Under the pieces are notes generated by a model that saw only the letters and a program-made list of their open reading frames with translations, was not told the DNA's origin and did no database searches. A stretch of DNA of 64,000 nt from an uncultured Acidobacteriota bacterium. GTDB taxonomy: Bacteria > Acidobacteriota > UBA6911. Positions within the stretch are counted from its first letter, which is position 1. The number at the start of each line of letters is the position of its first letter. The stretch is from assembly GCA_963827655.1 (NCBI GenBank), contig CAWHCF010000038.1, forward strand, positions 153,445-217,444, written 5' to 3'. The position numbers and the translations under genes are program-made. Positions 20,277 through 31,714 of this stretch are shown here, piece by piece.

Positions 20277-21588
20277 GTCCCTACCAACAATTCCGTCCAG
20301 ACGGAGAATATTGCACTTATAGATTTGGCCTGTTAGGCTCCCGATCTATGTGCCGCGTAGTTCGGACTACTCTCGTTGAGCTCGACCCTACAATTCGGCT
20401 TCCGCAGCCGAGCTACACTGTTGGCGGAGATCCTGGCCCTGCGACAGCAGATCAACGTCCTCAGACGCTCCGTTCCCAACCGTCCCAGACTTCGACCATC
20501 GGACCGACTTTTCTGGACATGGCTGTTGCGCGTCTGGCCCGACTGGCGCTCCGCTCTTGTCCTCGTGAAACCGGAAACAGTCGTCGCATGGCATCGCAAA
20601 GGTTTCCGATTCTTTTGGACCTGGAAAAGCCGGCATGGGCGAGCCGGGAGACCTTCGATTCCCAAGGACGTCCGCGAGCTGATCCGCAGCATGAGCAAAG
20701 CCAATCCGCTTTGGGGAGCTCCGCGGGTTCATGGAGAAATCCTCAAACTCGGAATCGAGCTCTCGCAGGCGACCGTCGCCAAGTACATGGGCCGGCGTCC
20801 AAAGCCACCCTCGCAAACCTGGCGCACGTTCCTCAAAAATCACAGCAAAGAAATCGTTTCGATCGACTTCTTCACGGTTCCGACCATTACGTTCCGCATT
20901 CTCTACGTCTTCCTCGTCCTGGCTCACGACCGGCGGAAGGTGCTCCACTTCAACGTTACCGCTCATCCAACCTCAGAATGGGTTTCACAGCAGCTTGTTC
21001 AAGCCTTTCCATGGGACACGGCGCCACGATATCTCGTGCGCGACCGCGATGCGATCTACGGTGAGCGCGTGCGAGGGCAGTTGAAGGACATGGGAGTCAA
21101 AGAAGTCCTTACTGCCCCTCGATCGCCATGGCAATCTCCTTATGTCGAGCGCCTGATCGGATCCATCCGACGCGAATGCCTCGATCACATCGTCGTGATC
21201 AGCGAAACCTCGCTCCGCAGAACACTACGCTCCTATTTCGCTTACTATCACAGAAGCCGCATTCACCTCGCACTGAATAAAGACGCACCAGACCCACGCC
21301 CAATATACCCTCCCGAACTTGGCACTGTCGTCGCGCTCCCAGAGGTCGGCGGCCTTCACCATCGATACGAAAGAAGAGTTGCCTGACACAGGGAACCGGG
21401 CTCTACTTCTTTCGCAAGGTTCCGAGCCAGCCGTGTGCCCGCTGTGCCAATTGATGCTGAATGCTCGCCTTGAAAATGCCCTCCGAGGGACCAAAATCGT
21501 GCCGCGTCCGAATCCCCAACTTCCCCCTCCGGCGATAACTGGGCGAAACGACCCCCGAGCCCTCTTGGTCGGAGTTTTTGGTAGGGAC
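20277..21588 (+). mobile_element. Insertion sequence (~1.3 kb) with an rve/integrase-core DDE transposase and 24-bp imperfect terminal IRs
   Basis: Left IR GTCCCTACCAACAATTCCGTCCAG (20277-20300); reverse complement of the right IR GTCCCTACCAAAAACTCCGACCAA (21565-21588); no flanking target-site duplication seen. Confidence 0.88.
20376..21386 (+). CDS. Transposase, integrase core domain
   Basis: NPLWGAPRVHGE, SIDFFTV, RDRDAIYG, SPWQSPYVERLIGSIRRECLDH, GGLHHRYER. Confidence 0.92.
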   Translation: MSSTLQFGFRSRATLLAEILALRQQINVLRRSVPNRPRLRPSDRLFWTWLLRVWPDWRSALVLVKPETVVAWHRKGFRFFWTWKSRHGRAGRPSIPKDVRELIRSMSKANPLWGAPRVHGEILKLGIELSQATVAKYMGRRPKPPSQTWRTFLKNHSKEIVSIDFFTVPTITFRILYVFLVLAHDRRKVLHFNVTAHPTSEWVSQQLVQAFPWDTAPRYLVRDRDAIYGERVRGQLKDMGVKEVLTAPRSPWQSPYVERLIGSIRRECLDHIVVISETSLRRTLRSYFAYYHRSRIHLALNKDAPDPRPIYPPELGTVVALPEVGGLHHRYERRVA

Positions 21589-22020
21589 TGGCACCTGATG
21601 CTGGCCGCGATCGGGGACGTGGGCCGTGACGGCATCGATCCATTCGAGCGGGTCGAAGATGCGGACCGTGGCGCCGGTGCGGGGATCCGGGGGGCGTTTG
21701 GATCTCGAAACGGCCGTCCTCGCGCCGGCGGATACTGTCGATCGCAAGCGCCGGGCGAGAGATGTAACGCGCGACGCGCTCGAGGCCTTGTCGGTCTTCG
21801 GTGGGAATAATATCGCCGGCGAAGACGGAAAAGCCCGGATGCACCCACCCGAGCAGGTTGTGCATGAAGCGCTCCGATAGGCGCTCTTGGGCGTGAAGGC
21901 GGCGGAGCAGGAGGCGGCGAAAGATCTCGCCTACGGCTGCCGTGTCGACCGAGGGCAACTCGAAGAACTCTCCTGCCCGAGTAAAGACTCCATCGGAAAC
22001 AAGCAGGTGCAGGTGGCGCA
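21589..22020 (-). pseudogene. IS91/Y2 (HUH) transposase, central/C-terminal fragment cut by the IS
   Basis: HLHLLVSDGVF HUH motif, WVHPGFSV, LERVARYISRP, then after a frameshift DPLEWIDAVTAHVPDRGQHQV, which ends at the IS right IR. Confidence 0.8.
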
Positions 22021-22793
22021 GGCGTTCACGAGTCCTGTACCTCGACCATGTCGAGGGTGATGGGCGGCTGCTGTTCGAGCAAACAGGTGTCAAGGTGATA
22101 TTGTTGCTATCATGAGCCGAACGGGCTATCGTTCGACGCGAATCGTCCTCACGTTGATTGTGGGCTAGGAACGTCGCGGGTTCCCCACTATCGATAGCGC
22201 GTCCGCCTATCTCGAAACAGGACTCCAGTTCGGCTCGCCGTCACCGGTCGTGGTCTACGGACCATCACGAGCGTTTCCCATGCTGCACAACCGAATCAAG
22301 GCTTTACGCGTCGTTGCAGCACTGACGGTGCTGGTGCAAGCTTTCTGCTCGGCCGGTTTCGGTGCGATGTGTAGTCGCGAAGCTTCCCTTGAAAATTCCA
22401 CCTGAGCCCGCCCTATCCTCCATCAGCCGTTCAAGCAAATTCCTATTGGTTTTATGACTGTGATCTCTTCCGTGACGGCATATGTGATGCCTAAGCGCGA
22501 TAGTTCGGCCTGCGTAGCTCGATAGCACGCCGATCTTAAACGCTCGTTAGCGTTATCGCTCACGCGTTGTTTCCGAGTGTTTGCGATTCTTCTGCCGATC
22601 GAAAACGGTGCTGGGCTTACACGATCCATTTATTTTTTCTTTCAATCAGCAGTAAAAAGCATCTACCATGGTTCAATCCAGAATCTCTGAGAAACAGCCC
22701 TCACGAGGCCCATATTTACGTTTACCGTAAGTCTCGTCCCCGTTAGGCTTAGCAGTTTAGGTCAATCTGATGTGAGTCTCATGGAGAATAGAA

Positions 22794-25700
22794 ATGAAAT
22801 TTGACTTCACTTCGGAAATCGGCCGTTCACGGATTGCATGGTCCGGCATCGGCTTTTTCGCGCTGGCGTTCCTTCTGGTGCCCTCGGTGGCGCTGGCTGA
22901 GAACGTGGTTATTCCGCAGGGCGTGACCGGGACGCTAATCCTAACGTTCAAGGAAACCAATGGCGCGGCGTGTGAACGAGTTCGGTGTTATCAGGCGCGA
23001 AGGCCTGTCAATTGTCTACCAGAGGTTGATGGACACATCACCGAGTCGGTCCCCCGCGTCTTAGACTTCAATCCCCAGGTCCGCGGGGGCGAGACATTTG
23101 AGTTTTATATCCAAACCAACAAGCTTTTCATTCCGGATGTCACGCCGGCCACCTACTCAAGTGACCCTAAGCAAAATGCAACTATTGATCCCGGCCTCCT
23201 GGACCACATTCAGCAGCCTCAGCAGCAATCGAACAATGTCTGGCTATTGCGTTGGGAGGATAAGAAGAGCTCGGATCCAGGCTTTGACAAGGACTTCGAC
23301 GACCTGGTCGTGACCGTGCAGGTCCTACCGGCCCGCTGCGACAACGTGACGATTCCCTGCCCCGGCATCAACGATGTAACCTCGAATCATAATGCGACCC
23401 GCGTCGCCCCCGTGCTAGAACGCCGCTCTCGACCGCATCGAGCTGGCGATCGGTCCGTCTACGAAAACCAGCCAGAGCTTCCTAGTGCCGAAGGGGATAA
23501 CGTCGTGCACCGGGTCTTCCGTGGATAACCTGCGGTTCAGCTTCATGCAGGAGAGCATCGACTATCAGACAATGGTGCGGCCTCAAGTCGAAGGCTGCGC
23601 ATCGTGCGGTGCCGTCCGAGGCGGGAACGTGGGTGGGCTCCCAGAGTTGACGATTCGCCGCTACCACCGACCGCGGGAGACGGCGGTCTGGTCCTCATTC
23701 GGACCGGGGGTGTTCAGCAACTTTGATACGAAAATCGAGCTCATCACCATGGGACTGGGCAACCAACCTAATGTCCGTCTCTTCGACGCCACCACCGATA
23801 CCCCACTACTTACGTTTTTCGAGCTGAGCCCCGAGGATGGCGATGTGGCAGAGGATGGTGTGTACCACGAGACCGCGACCCGAATCTGGAAGGCGCTGGA
23901 GCTGTTTAGCGACAGGGAGAGGCGCATACGCACGAGCAGCCAGAGCAATGCCGTGACCGCGGTCCTGACCGCGCACACGGGCGAGCGACTGGTGTTTGAA
24001 GTCATCCGCATACAGCCTGCGGACCCCGCACTCTACGGCCGACTGATACGCCTCGAGGACCCAAACCAGAACGCCGTGATTGTTAGCTATGTGTACGGAG
24101 CTCAGGCCTCGAACCCGGCACCTGGAACGCGGTTATGGCAGATCCATACGATCACGGATGCTTATGGGATATCCGCGCGGTTCCATTATCGCGACGCATT
24201 AGTGGGGGGCCGCTGGGCGGTCAACCGGATTGAGCTCCCAACTGACGGACAGCTCCGACAGCTCCAATACCTGTATAGACAGGAGCTGCCCGCTCAGGTG
24301 GACGAAGGACCTTTCCTACAGGAGGTAATCCATCCCGACGGCACACGATCGCGTTTCACATTGCGCTTCGACCCGGCCACGAAGCTCGTGGCGCTGGGGT
24401 TCGATGACAGCGCCGAAGGTCCCGGACAAGCGCGGAAAGAGGTTTTTGTCACCCCGAGCCAGGCCTGTCCAATGGGACTAGCGTGAGCCAAACGCCGCAC
24501 CTCGTCCGACTCATAGTCAACGGCGATGGCGAATTGGTTTACCGAAATTGGGAGGACCCGGCCGACCCGCGCATCATCTATGTCTACGAGGGCGGGGTGC
24601 TGCATCGTCTGACGACACGCGATGATGGGTTTCCGGTTGCCTATGCTCGCGCGGTGTCCTACCGTGTGGATCGGGATCCGCGCAGCGCAACGTTCGAGAC
24701 CATCGAGACGTACGACGCCAACTTGCAGCAGATGCTGGAGGAGCGGAAGGATGCGCTGGGACGCGTAGAGAAACTCACTCGTGATGACGCGAGCCGTGCT
24801 GTTAAGGGTCTGACGTTCTCTGCCGATAGCTCGACAGTTGTCGCCACGTACAACGCGTTCCGCAAACCGGAGAAGGTGACCGATCGATTGAAAAGAATTA
24901 ATACATAATACCTATGACATCCGCGGCAATGTCCTGAGCAGAAACCGTCGCCCTAGGGACCCCGGACCAGGCGACGTGGCGGCGGGGGTACAACCCCAGC
25001 CGGGGCCAGCTGACATTTTTGACGGACGCCAATGGCAACAGCACCGAGTATAGGTACGACCGGACGGGCCGGCTTGAATCTCAGATCGAACCGGCCCACG
25101 GCCCCGGTGAGCCAAAGGCGACTACAACCTTCGCATACGATTCCCGTAGGCCGCCTCATGTCGCGGAAGGACGCGGAAGGGCGAACGATCAGCTTCAAGT
25201 ATGATCTCCGGAACAGGGTGATTTCGATTCACTACCCCGACGGCAGCGCGGAAAGCTTCGACTATGGCCAGGACAAAATGGTTGGGGGGAATTGCGGCCA
25301 TCAGCCCGCCAACCTGCTCATCGCGTATACCGATCGCAATGGCAATGTGCAACGGTTCGAATACGACCGGACGAAGCGGCTCTGCGCCAAGATCATGGCT
25401 GCAGGAAGACCCGAAGAGGTGCGCGATCTTTACACATATGTTCCGGGGACGTCGCTGGTTAAGACCACGGTGCAGCGGGGTGAGCAAACCGACTATGAAC
25501 GGGACGGGCGCAATCGGCTCACAGCCACTGTCGTACATATTTCTGGAGGCCGAGCCCTGAGAACCTCGACAATCTATGATGTGCTCGACCGCGTAGTCCA
25601 AAGCACGGACCCTTACGGCCGTTCGGTCTTGTTCGTTTACGACGTGAACGATCGCCTGAAGCGCACGATTACCGAGCTTGTCCCTAGGGGCGTTCCACAG

Positions 25701-28700
25701 GCAGCGAATCTAGAGATGCTGCCGCGCGATCAAAGCCTAAACCCGCCGTACGTCATCTGGGACATCAATTCAGACAGCATGGGTCAGGTAAAGAGAGTTA
25801 TCGATGGTCGGGGAATTGAGACAACGTTTGACCACGATGGTCAGGGGCGCCTGACGGAGCAGATCGAAGCCTTCGGAACTAAATGTGGCGGCCAGGACTA
25901 AGCGCGAGTACGACAAGCGTCGGGAACCTGATTCGCATGATCCATCCGCGGAACTTCACGGAAGGAGACGCCGTACGGCCCTTTATCACTCGGTACACAC
26001 CACACGAATCGCAATCTACAGCGGTCAGTCACGGTCGCAGCCGACACGCCGGACCAGGCAACCACCACCAAGCACTACACCCTGACCGGAAAGCAAAAGG
26101 AGATCGAAGATGCGCGTGGCCATAAGACGAGCTTCCGTTACGAACCGTGCTGTGACCGCTTGAAAGAAATGATTGATCCCACAGGCGCCGTAACCCGCTA
26201 TGGTTACGATCCTTACGGCAATCGAACATCAGTCACCGATCCGAACGGGAACGAGGTGCGCTTCGAGTATGACGGCCTGCATCGAATGAAAGCACAAACC
26301 AACGCCGAGCGGAGAAACGACGCGCTTCGACTACGATGACGATCTGACCGACGGGCGCGGGCTGGATCAGCGTTTCCGAGAGCACATAAGGGATCTCGGC
26401 TTTTCGCGTGGGGCCGATGGCATGGCAATGTTGGTCACAAATCCGCTTAACGAGACGACCCTGACTGTGATGGACAGCTTGGGCCGTGTCGTACGGACGG
26501 TCGACGGGAACGGCAACGCTACAACGATGAGCTACGATGCGGTGGTGGGTGGACTAGTTGAGACGACGCGCAGCGATGCTCTCGGACACACTTCGCGGTC
26601 CCGCCAGGACGGTCTCGGCAGGGAGAGGCAGCGCCTCGACGCGGAGGGGAAAGTGACAACTGCGATGTTCGATGCGGCCGGCAACCGGAGGGCGGTCTTC
26701 GATCCGGACCTCGTGGGCGAGAGTTGCATGTTCGACGCTCGCAATCGCCCGACGACCTGCATGGACACCAAAGGCGACACTCGGGAGACGAGGTACGACG
26801 CTCACTCGAACCAGACCTTCCTCCTCGACGGTCGGGGGGCGATCACGAGGATGGAGTTCGATGCGCGAGATCGAGTGACGAACCGGTTTGATCGTATTGG
26901 TGGTAATACGATCTTTGTCTACGATCAAAACTCGAATCTGGTACGTACTCAAGACGCCGAGCGCAACACGACCGTTTATGAATACGATGCCCGAAACTTG
27001 CGGATAAGAGAGACCTTTCCGTCCTCCGGGGGACGACTGGACACTAGGTCAATGGTCTTCGACCCTGGACGACGATTGATATTGCGCATCGACCAGGCTG
27101 GCGAAACCGACACAGTCGAGTACTTGAGTATGACCGAGCCAATCGGTTGGTGCGACGACGCTACCGCGATCGTCAGGACGACATATTCGAATATGATGAC
27201 GCATCTCGCTTAAAATCGGCGCGTTCGGAGCGCTACGGGACTTTGGTACAGCGGCAGTACTACCCCAACGGGCTTCTCAAGGAGGAACAGCAGGACGTGC
27301 TCGGCGAGCATCACGTGCTGAACTACACGTACGATCGCGCCAACCGACAGACGCAGGTGACTTACCCGGATGGGAGCGTGGTGGTACGAACGTTTACCGA
27401 CCGCGATCAGCTGAAGACAGTGTCGCTCAACGGGTCGCTGATTGCATCACGGGATGAGTATTCCATTGGGATGCGGCTGCGTCTGGCGAGACTGGGCAAC
27501 GGGCTTGTCGAACGCCGCGATTATTCACCGCGACGGGTCTGCTGTGCCCTACTGGAGGTTCCGGGCGTAACGACGTTTTCTTATAGCTATGACGCCAACA
27601 AGTGGAAGCAGGAGGAACGGGTAACGACAGCTCCCGACGAGAGCCAAAGCTTCCTCCGTGCTGACGGCACCTCGGGCTATGATGCCGAGGGCCGCCTCGA
27701 GTCCTGGGCCCGGGGCAGCGCCCAGACGCAGACGTGGACCCTGAGCCCCGTGGGCGACTGGAAGCAGACACAGCGAAACGGCGCTGTTGAGGATTCGCAC
27801 GCATAATCCCGTTCACGAGCTGACAGGGATCAACGGCAGGTCACTATCGTACGATCCGAAGGGAAACCTCGTCGGCGACGACCACGGGAACAGCTACGCC
27901 TGGGACTTCGAGAACCGACTGCTGCGGGCCCAAGGACTTCAGGGAGAGACACGCTATTTCTATGATGCGCTCGGGCGACGACTCGGCAAGACAACGGGCA
28001 TGACCGTGGTAAGGATGACTACGGTATTCGTGCACGACGGGGAGCAAGTGGTCGCCGAGTACGAGAACCAGCGTCTCGCTCGCCGCTATGTCTACGGCTC
28101 CTATATCGACGAGCCGCTAGCGCTTGCGATGGGTGAGGAGCTGTTTTTCTACACCGCGAATCACCTGTACTCGGTGGCAGCGCTCACCGACCGGAATGGT
28201 CGCGTCATCGAGCGTTACCGATACGACGCCTACGGCGCGCGGACAGTCACGGATCCGGGAGGGACCTCGCGCGCAGCATCGATCGTTGGCAACCAGATTG
28301 GTTTTACCGGACGCTATCACGATGAAGACTCCGGGCTTATCGATTTCCGTAGCCGGCAATATGACCCCCGCCTCGGACGGTTCATCGGCCGCGATCAGGG
28401 CTACACTGACGGCATGTCTCTCTATGCAGCCTACTTCGTGCCGAATCAGACGGACCCGTTCGGATTAGCCCGAAGCTGCGAAAATACCAAAGATCTTAAC
28501 ACAGTGGACCTTCCTGTGCAGCCCATGCCGAAACCCTTACTCAAAACCACCGAGTTCGCCACAGGTTGTCTGCTAAAGTGTACGGAGCACTATGAGAAGG
28601 GAGTGCGATTACATAGTAACAACTGTGACCACAGCAGACGGCAAGACTGTAACCACCACTACCAAAACCTGTACTGAGTGGGAACTCGTCAGCATAACTT

Positions 28701-29011
28701 GCGGTAATGTGGAGTGTGTGGGTGATTCAGGTCCGGGAGCCGGTGGCCCACCGGGGCGAAGCCGTCTCGACTTTCCGGTTTCGGGGCTGACAAGAACCCA
28801 GTGCGAATGGATCTGTAGGAGCATCGGATTTACGTTGACTACCAGTTGCAAGCTCGAGGTGGCATTCTTCGCGTATGGTAGGCTTAAGTTGAGAGGAATG
28901 GAACTGGGGGCTATCGGGGTGGGCGTGACGGTCGGAGAACTTTGTACAGTCTTGTTTGGACCACGAATAAATGACTGCTTGAACGCATGCAGAAGTCTAC
29001 CGAACAAGTGA
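22794..29011 (+). pseudogene. Large Sec-exported RHS/YD-repeat protein (about 2000 aa if restored), broken by roughly ten frameshifts
   Basis: N-terminal signal peptide; successive overlapping ORFs with YD repeats (YDRTGRL, YDALGRR, YDAYG); RHS core GFTGRYHD...RQYDPRLGRF...PNQTDPFGL ending at 28467; Cys-rich tip. Confidence 0.85.
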
Positions 29012-29047
29012 GGTCGTTGACGACGGGGGAACGTTGTCGAGATCGCT

Positions 29048-29140
29048 GTCCCTACCAAATAGTTCATTCTCCCGTGGGGCGGCTTCGCCCAATTAGCGGG
29101 CGGAGGGGAAGGTGTGGAATCCGCGTGCCGCAAAATCTGT
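29048..29140 (-). mobile_element. Relic right end of a second, inverted copy of the same IS family
   Basis: GTCCCTACCAAA...TTCGCCCAATTAGCGGGCGGAGGGGAAGGTGTGGAATC aligns by eye with the reverse complement of 21490-21588. Confidence 0.7.
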
Positions 29141-29491
29141 GCTTCCGTCATCAAGTGTTGCTATGCCGCCAGATGTAACGGATCGCGCTGTTCTGGACTG
29201 ATATTCTCAGGATGAATCCCCGCGAGATTCTCGATTTCGCGCCGTGCAAGATGGCAGAGGTGAGGCGACCCGCTGTTTGCCTTCCAGGATAGGATATCTG
29301 CATGCATAGGCGGTGAAGTCTCCTATCCCGCCCACTGTCGATGGTCGGATCGATTTAATGGTGGGCCCCGACAAAAAGCGTCGGGGCCGGCGTCGCGTTT
29401 GATTCGCCGAGAGCCTCCGCTCCGAAAGCTGTTTTTTCCGGGGCAGCAGATTCCCCGAGCAAGGCTATGAGCACGGGTCGTGCTGATGACG

Positions 29492-29728
29492 CTACCAAGG
29501 GCGAGGCTGCGGTGTCTTGAAGCGATTGCAACGCTGCACTGCTCGGGCTATCCAGCGCCGGATTGCGACGCGCTGGGCCCCGGAGATGGGCTCGTTGTCG
29601 TGGTACCAGCGGAAGGTCTTGATTTCCTGGAGTAGGTCTGTTTCGGGAAAGTCCGTCAGTAACTCGTGGACGAACGGGATATCGATGTGTGCCTCGAAGC
29701 GATAGCACGGAGTCAGCTTCCGTCGCAT
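29492..29728 (-). CDS. Small hypothetical protein translationally coupled to the AAA gene
   Basis: ATG overlaps the upstream TGA (TGATG at 29726-29730). Confidence 0.45.
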   Translation of the reverse strand: MRRKLTPCYRFEAHIDIPFVHELLTDFPETDLLQEIKTFRWYHDNEPISGAQRVAIRRWIARAVQRCNRFKTPQPRPW

Positions 29729-30842
29729 CAGCCCTCGGGCCTGCCCGAACCGGCAGGCAGGTTTTGCAGCCGGCGCGACCCGGCTGCAAAGTCATTGAGG
29801 AGGCGATATTGGCCATTGTCTCGGACAATCCGGCCTTGGTGGCACGCGGAGGCAATGGCGAGCTGTGCGGTGCGCTTGGAGCGGCGGAAGCAGGCTGCAC
29901 ACGACGGTCTCTCCAGGGAAGGGTAGGTATTCTGGAGGCAATCCGGGAACTCAGGCTCGAGCAAGCGGTGGCGCTCATGATGTGGCGTCGGAGTTCGTTG
30001 TAACCTGCCGCATGCCCGAGGCCGGCCAGAGCCTGTTCGACGTCAGATTTTTCCACCTTGCGACGGGATTTGGCCGAGACAGCCGGGGCGCTACCAGCTG
30101 AAGAGAACCACAGGGGGTTGGGATCGAGCGAAAGCAGTTGCGGTTGGCGGGGCGCTGCATATCGGAACTGGAATCGCAGCTCGACGGTGTTGGGATCAGT
30201 GGAAGGACGCACGAGCAGTATGTAGCTGTCACCGACAGCATTGAGGGCGCCGCTACCGCGGAAGGCGCTTCCGACCTCGTATCGGCCGACCGACTTGCGG
30301 ACGTGGTGGATGACGACCAGGGCTGCCTTGGAGCTGTCACGCAGTCGCAATAGGGCCTGGCACAGCGCGGCCATTGCGCGCGTGTCGTTTTCGTCCTGGT
30401 CGTGAGCCGAGTAGAGGGGATCGAGAACGATGACCTCGGCCGAGGCTGTACGAGCTGCGGCAAGGAAGTGATTGAGGCCCTGCGGACTGTTGAGCAGGTG
30501 GCCGGCGGCACGGGTATCGATGAACAGATTCGAGTCCGCTGCCGCTCCTAAGGGTTTGCGCATTTGGGCCAGGCGCGCGGCAAACTGCTCAGTCGGGAGT
30601 TCGAACTGGCAGATGAGCACACGGCGGGGCTTCGGAATCGAGAAACCGATGCGAGAAGATCCGGCGGCGAGGGCGAGGGCCAAATTAGTAACGAGGATCG
30701 ATTTGCCCGCTTTAGGTTCGCCGCCGCAAAAGAGAATACCCTGCGCAGGAAGTAAGCCTGGCTCGACGAAGCAAGGCTGGGGCGTGGGATTGGCCCGTAG
30801 AAGCTCGCCGAGCGAAAGGACGGTGGGAAGCTTCGTGCTCAC
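29728..30842 (-). pseudogene. AAA_25/RepA-like helicase-ATPase with a C-terminal winged helix, interrupted by an 80-bp insert
   Basis: Walker A GEPKAGKS, VIVLDP, IHHVRK, AFRGSGA; removing 29879-29958 restores ...ATACSKRTAQLAIASACHQGRIV... Confidence 0.7.
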
Positions 30843-31585
30843 AGGAAGGCCTCCTGGGTGGCATCGAGCATGATCGTTTCGTCGACCATGTTGGTTTTGC
30901 GGGAGGCCGCCAGCCGAAGCGCCGTCAGACAGAGCTTGTTGACCTTGCGGAGGATGCCCTTGGTCGCCTGGTACAGAGCCTGGCGGGCGGTATCGTCAAA
31001 GAGCGGCTGTTTGACGCCGGCGGCTTTCAGCTGATGAGCCACATAACCGTCCAGTTCCTCACGTGAGAGGCCTTCGAGGTGGTAATGGACAGCGACGCGC
31101 TGGCGCAAAGGCTCATGGATCTGCAGTGACAGCGTGCGCCGTAACAGCGGTTGGCCGAGCAGAGCCAGCGACAGGTACTGAGAGGAATCCATCTCGAAGT
31201 TCAGCAACAACGGGAGCAGTTCGAGAGCCTCGTGAGACAAGAGCTGGGCTTCGTCACAGATGATGATGGGATGTTGTTTTTTGGTTTTATTGAGGCGGAT
31301 GACGGCGGAGGAGATCTGGTCTACCAGGTCCGCGCGGCGGGGAGCGGGCTCGAGATCGAGTTGGCGGGCGAGGGGTCTGAGCAGGTCCAACGCCGATCCC
31401 GAAGTCCAGTGCAGATAGACAACCTTGTAGAGGTTGGGGTTTAGAGTGGCTATGAGCGCACGAGCGGCAGTGGATTTCCCTGAGCCGACTTCGCCGGTGA
31501 ACAGTCCCACGCCGCGATGGTCGACCAGAAACTGCAACCGTGCTCTTATTTGAGTCCAGGCGGCGGACTCAAAAAGGATCACCAT
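30839..31585 (-). CDS. ExeA-like AAA ATPase (transposition-helper type), probably 5'-truncated
   Basis: GLFTGEVGSGKST, IICDEAQLL, LLGQP, LRQRV, TKGILRKVN. Confidence 0.82.
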   Translation of the reverse strand: MVILFESAAWTQIRARLQFLVDHRGVGLFTGEVGSGKSTAARALIATLNPNLYKVVYLHWTSGSALDLLRPLARQLDLEPAPRRADLVDQISSAVIRLNKTKKQHPIIICDEAQLLSHEALELLPLLLNFEMDSSQYLSLALLGQPLLRRTLSLQIHEPLRQRVAVHYHLEGLSREELDGYVAHQLKAAGVKQPLFDDTARQALYQATKGILRKVNKLCLTALRLAASRKTNMVDETIMLDATQEAFL

Positions 31586-31714
31586 GCACACTGATGTACT
31601 TACGGCAGGCACCCAAAAAAGCAGGTGCAGGTGGGGATGAAAATTTGCTCCGAACGAACCGAAGCTCTAGATCGAAATGACGCCCCCGGGCGGACGTCCT
31701 TGCGGCCGAACAGT

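Noticed and set aside
20270-21064. ORF starting at the duplicated dinB start codon and running into the IS
   Set aside because: Only two dinB codons precede out-of-frame IS sequence; no sign of a real fusion protein.
22740-22762. TAGGCTTAGCAGT before the RHS gene resembling TAGGCTTAAGCAGT at ~50436
   Set aside because: Too short and gapped to distinguish from chance without more copies.
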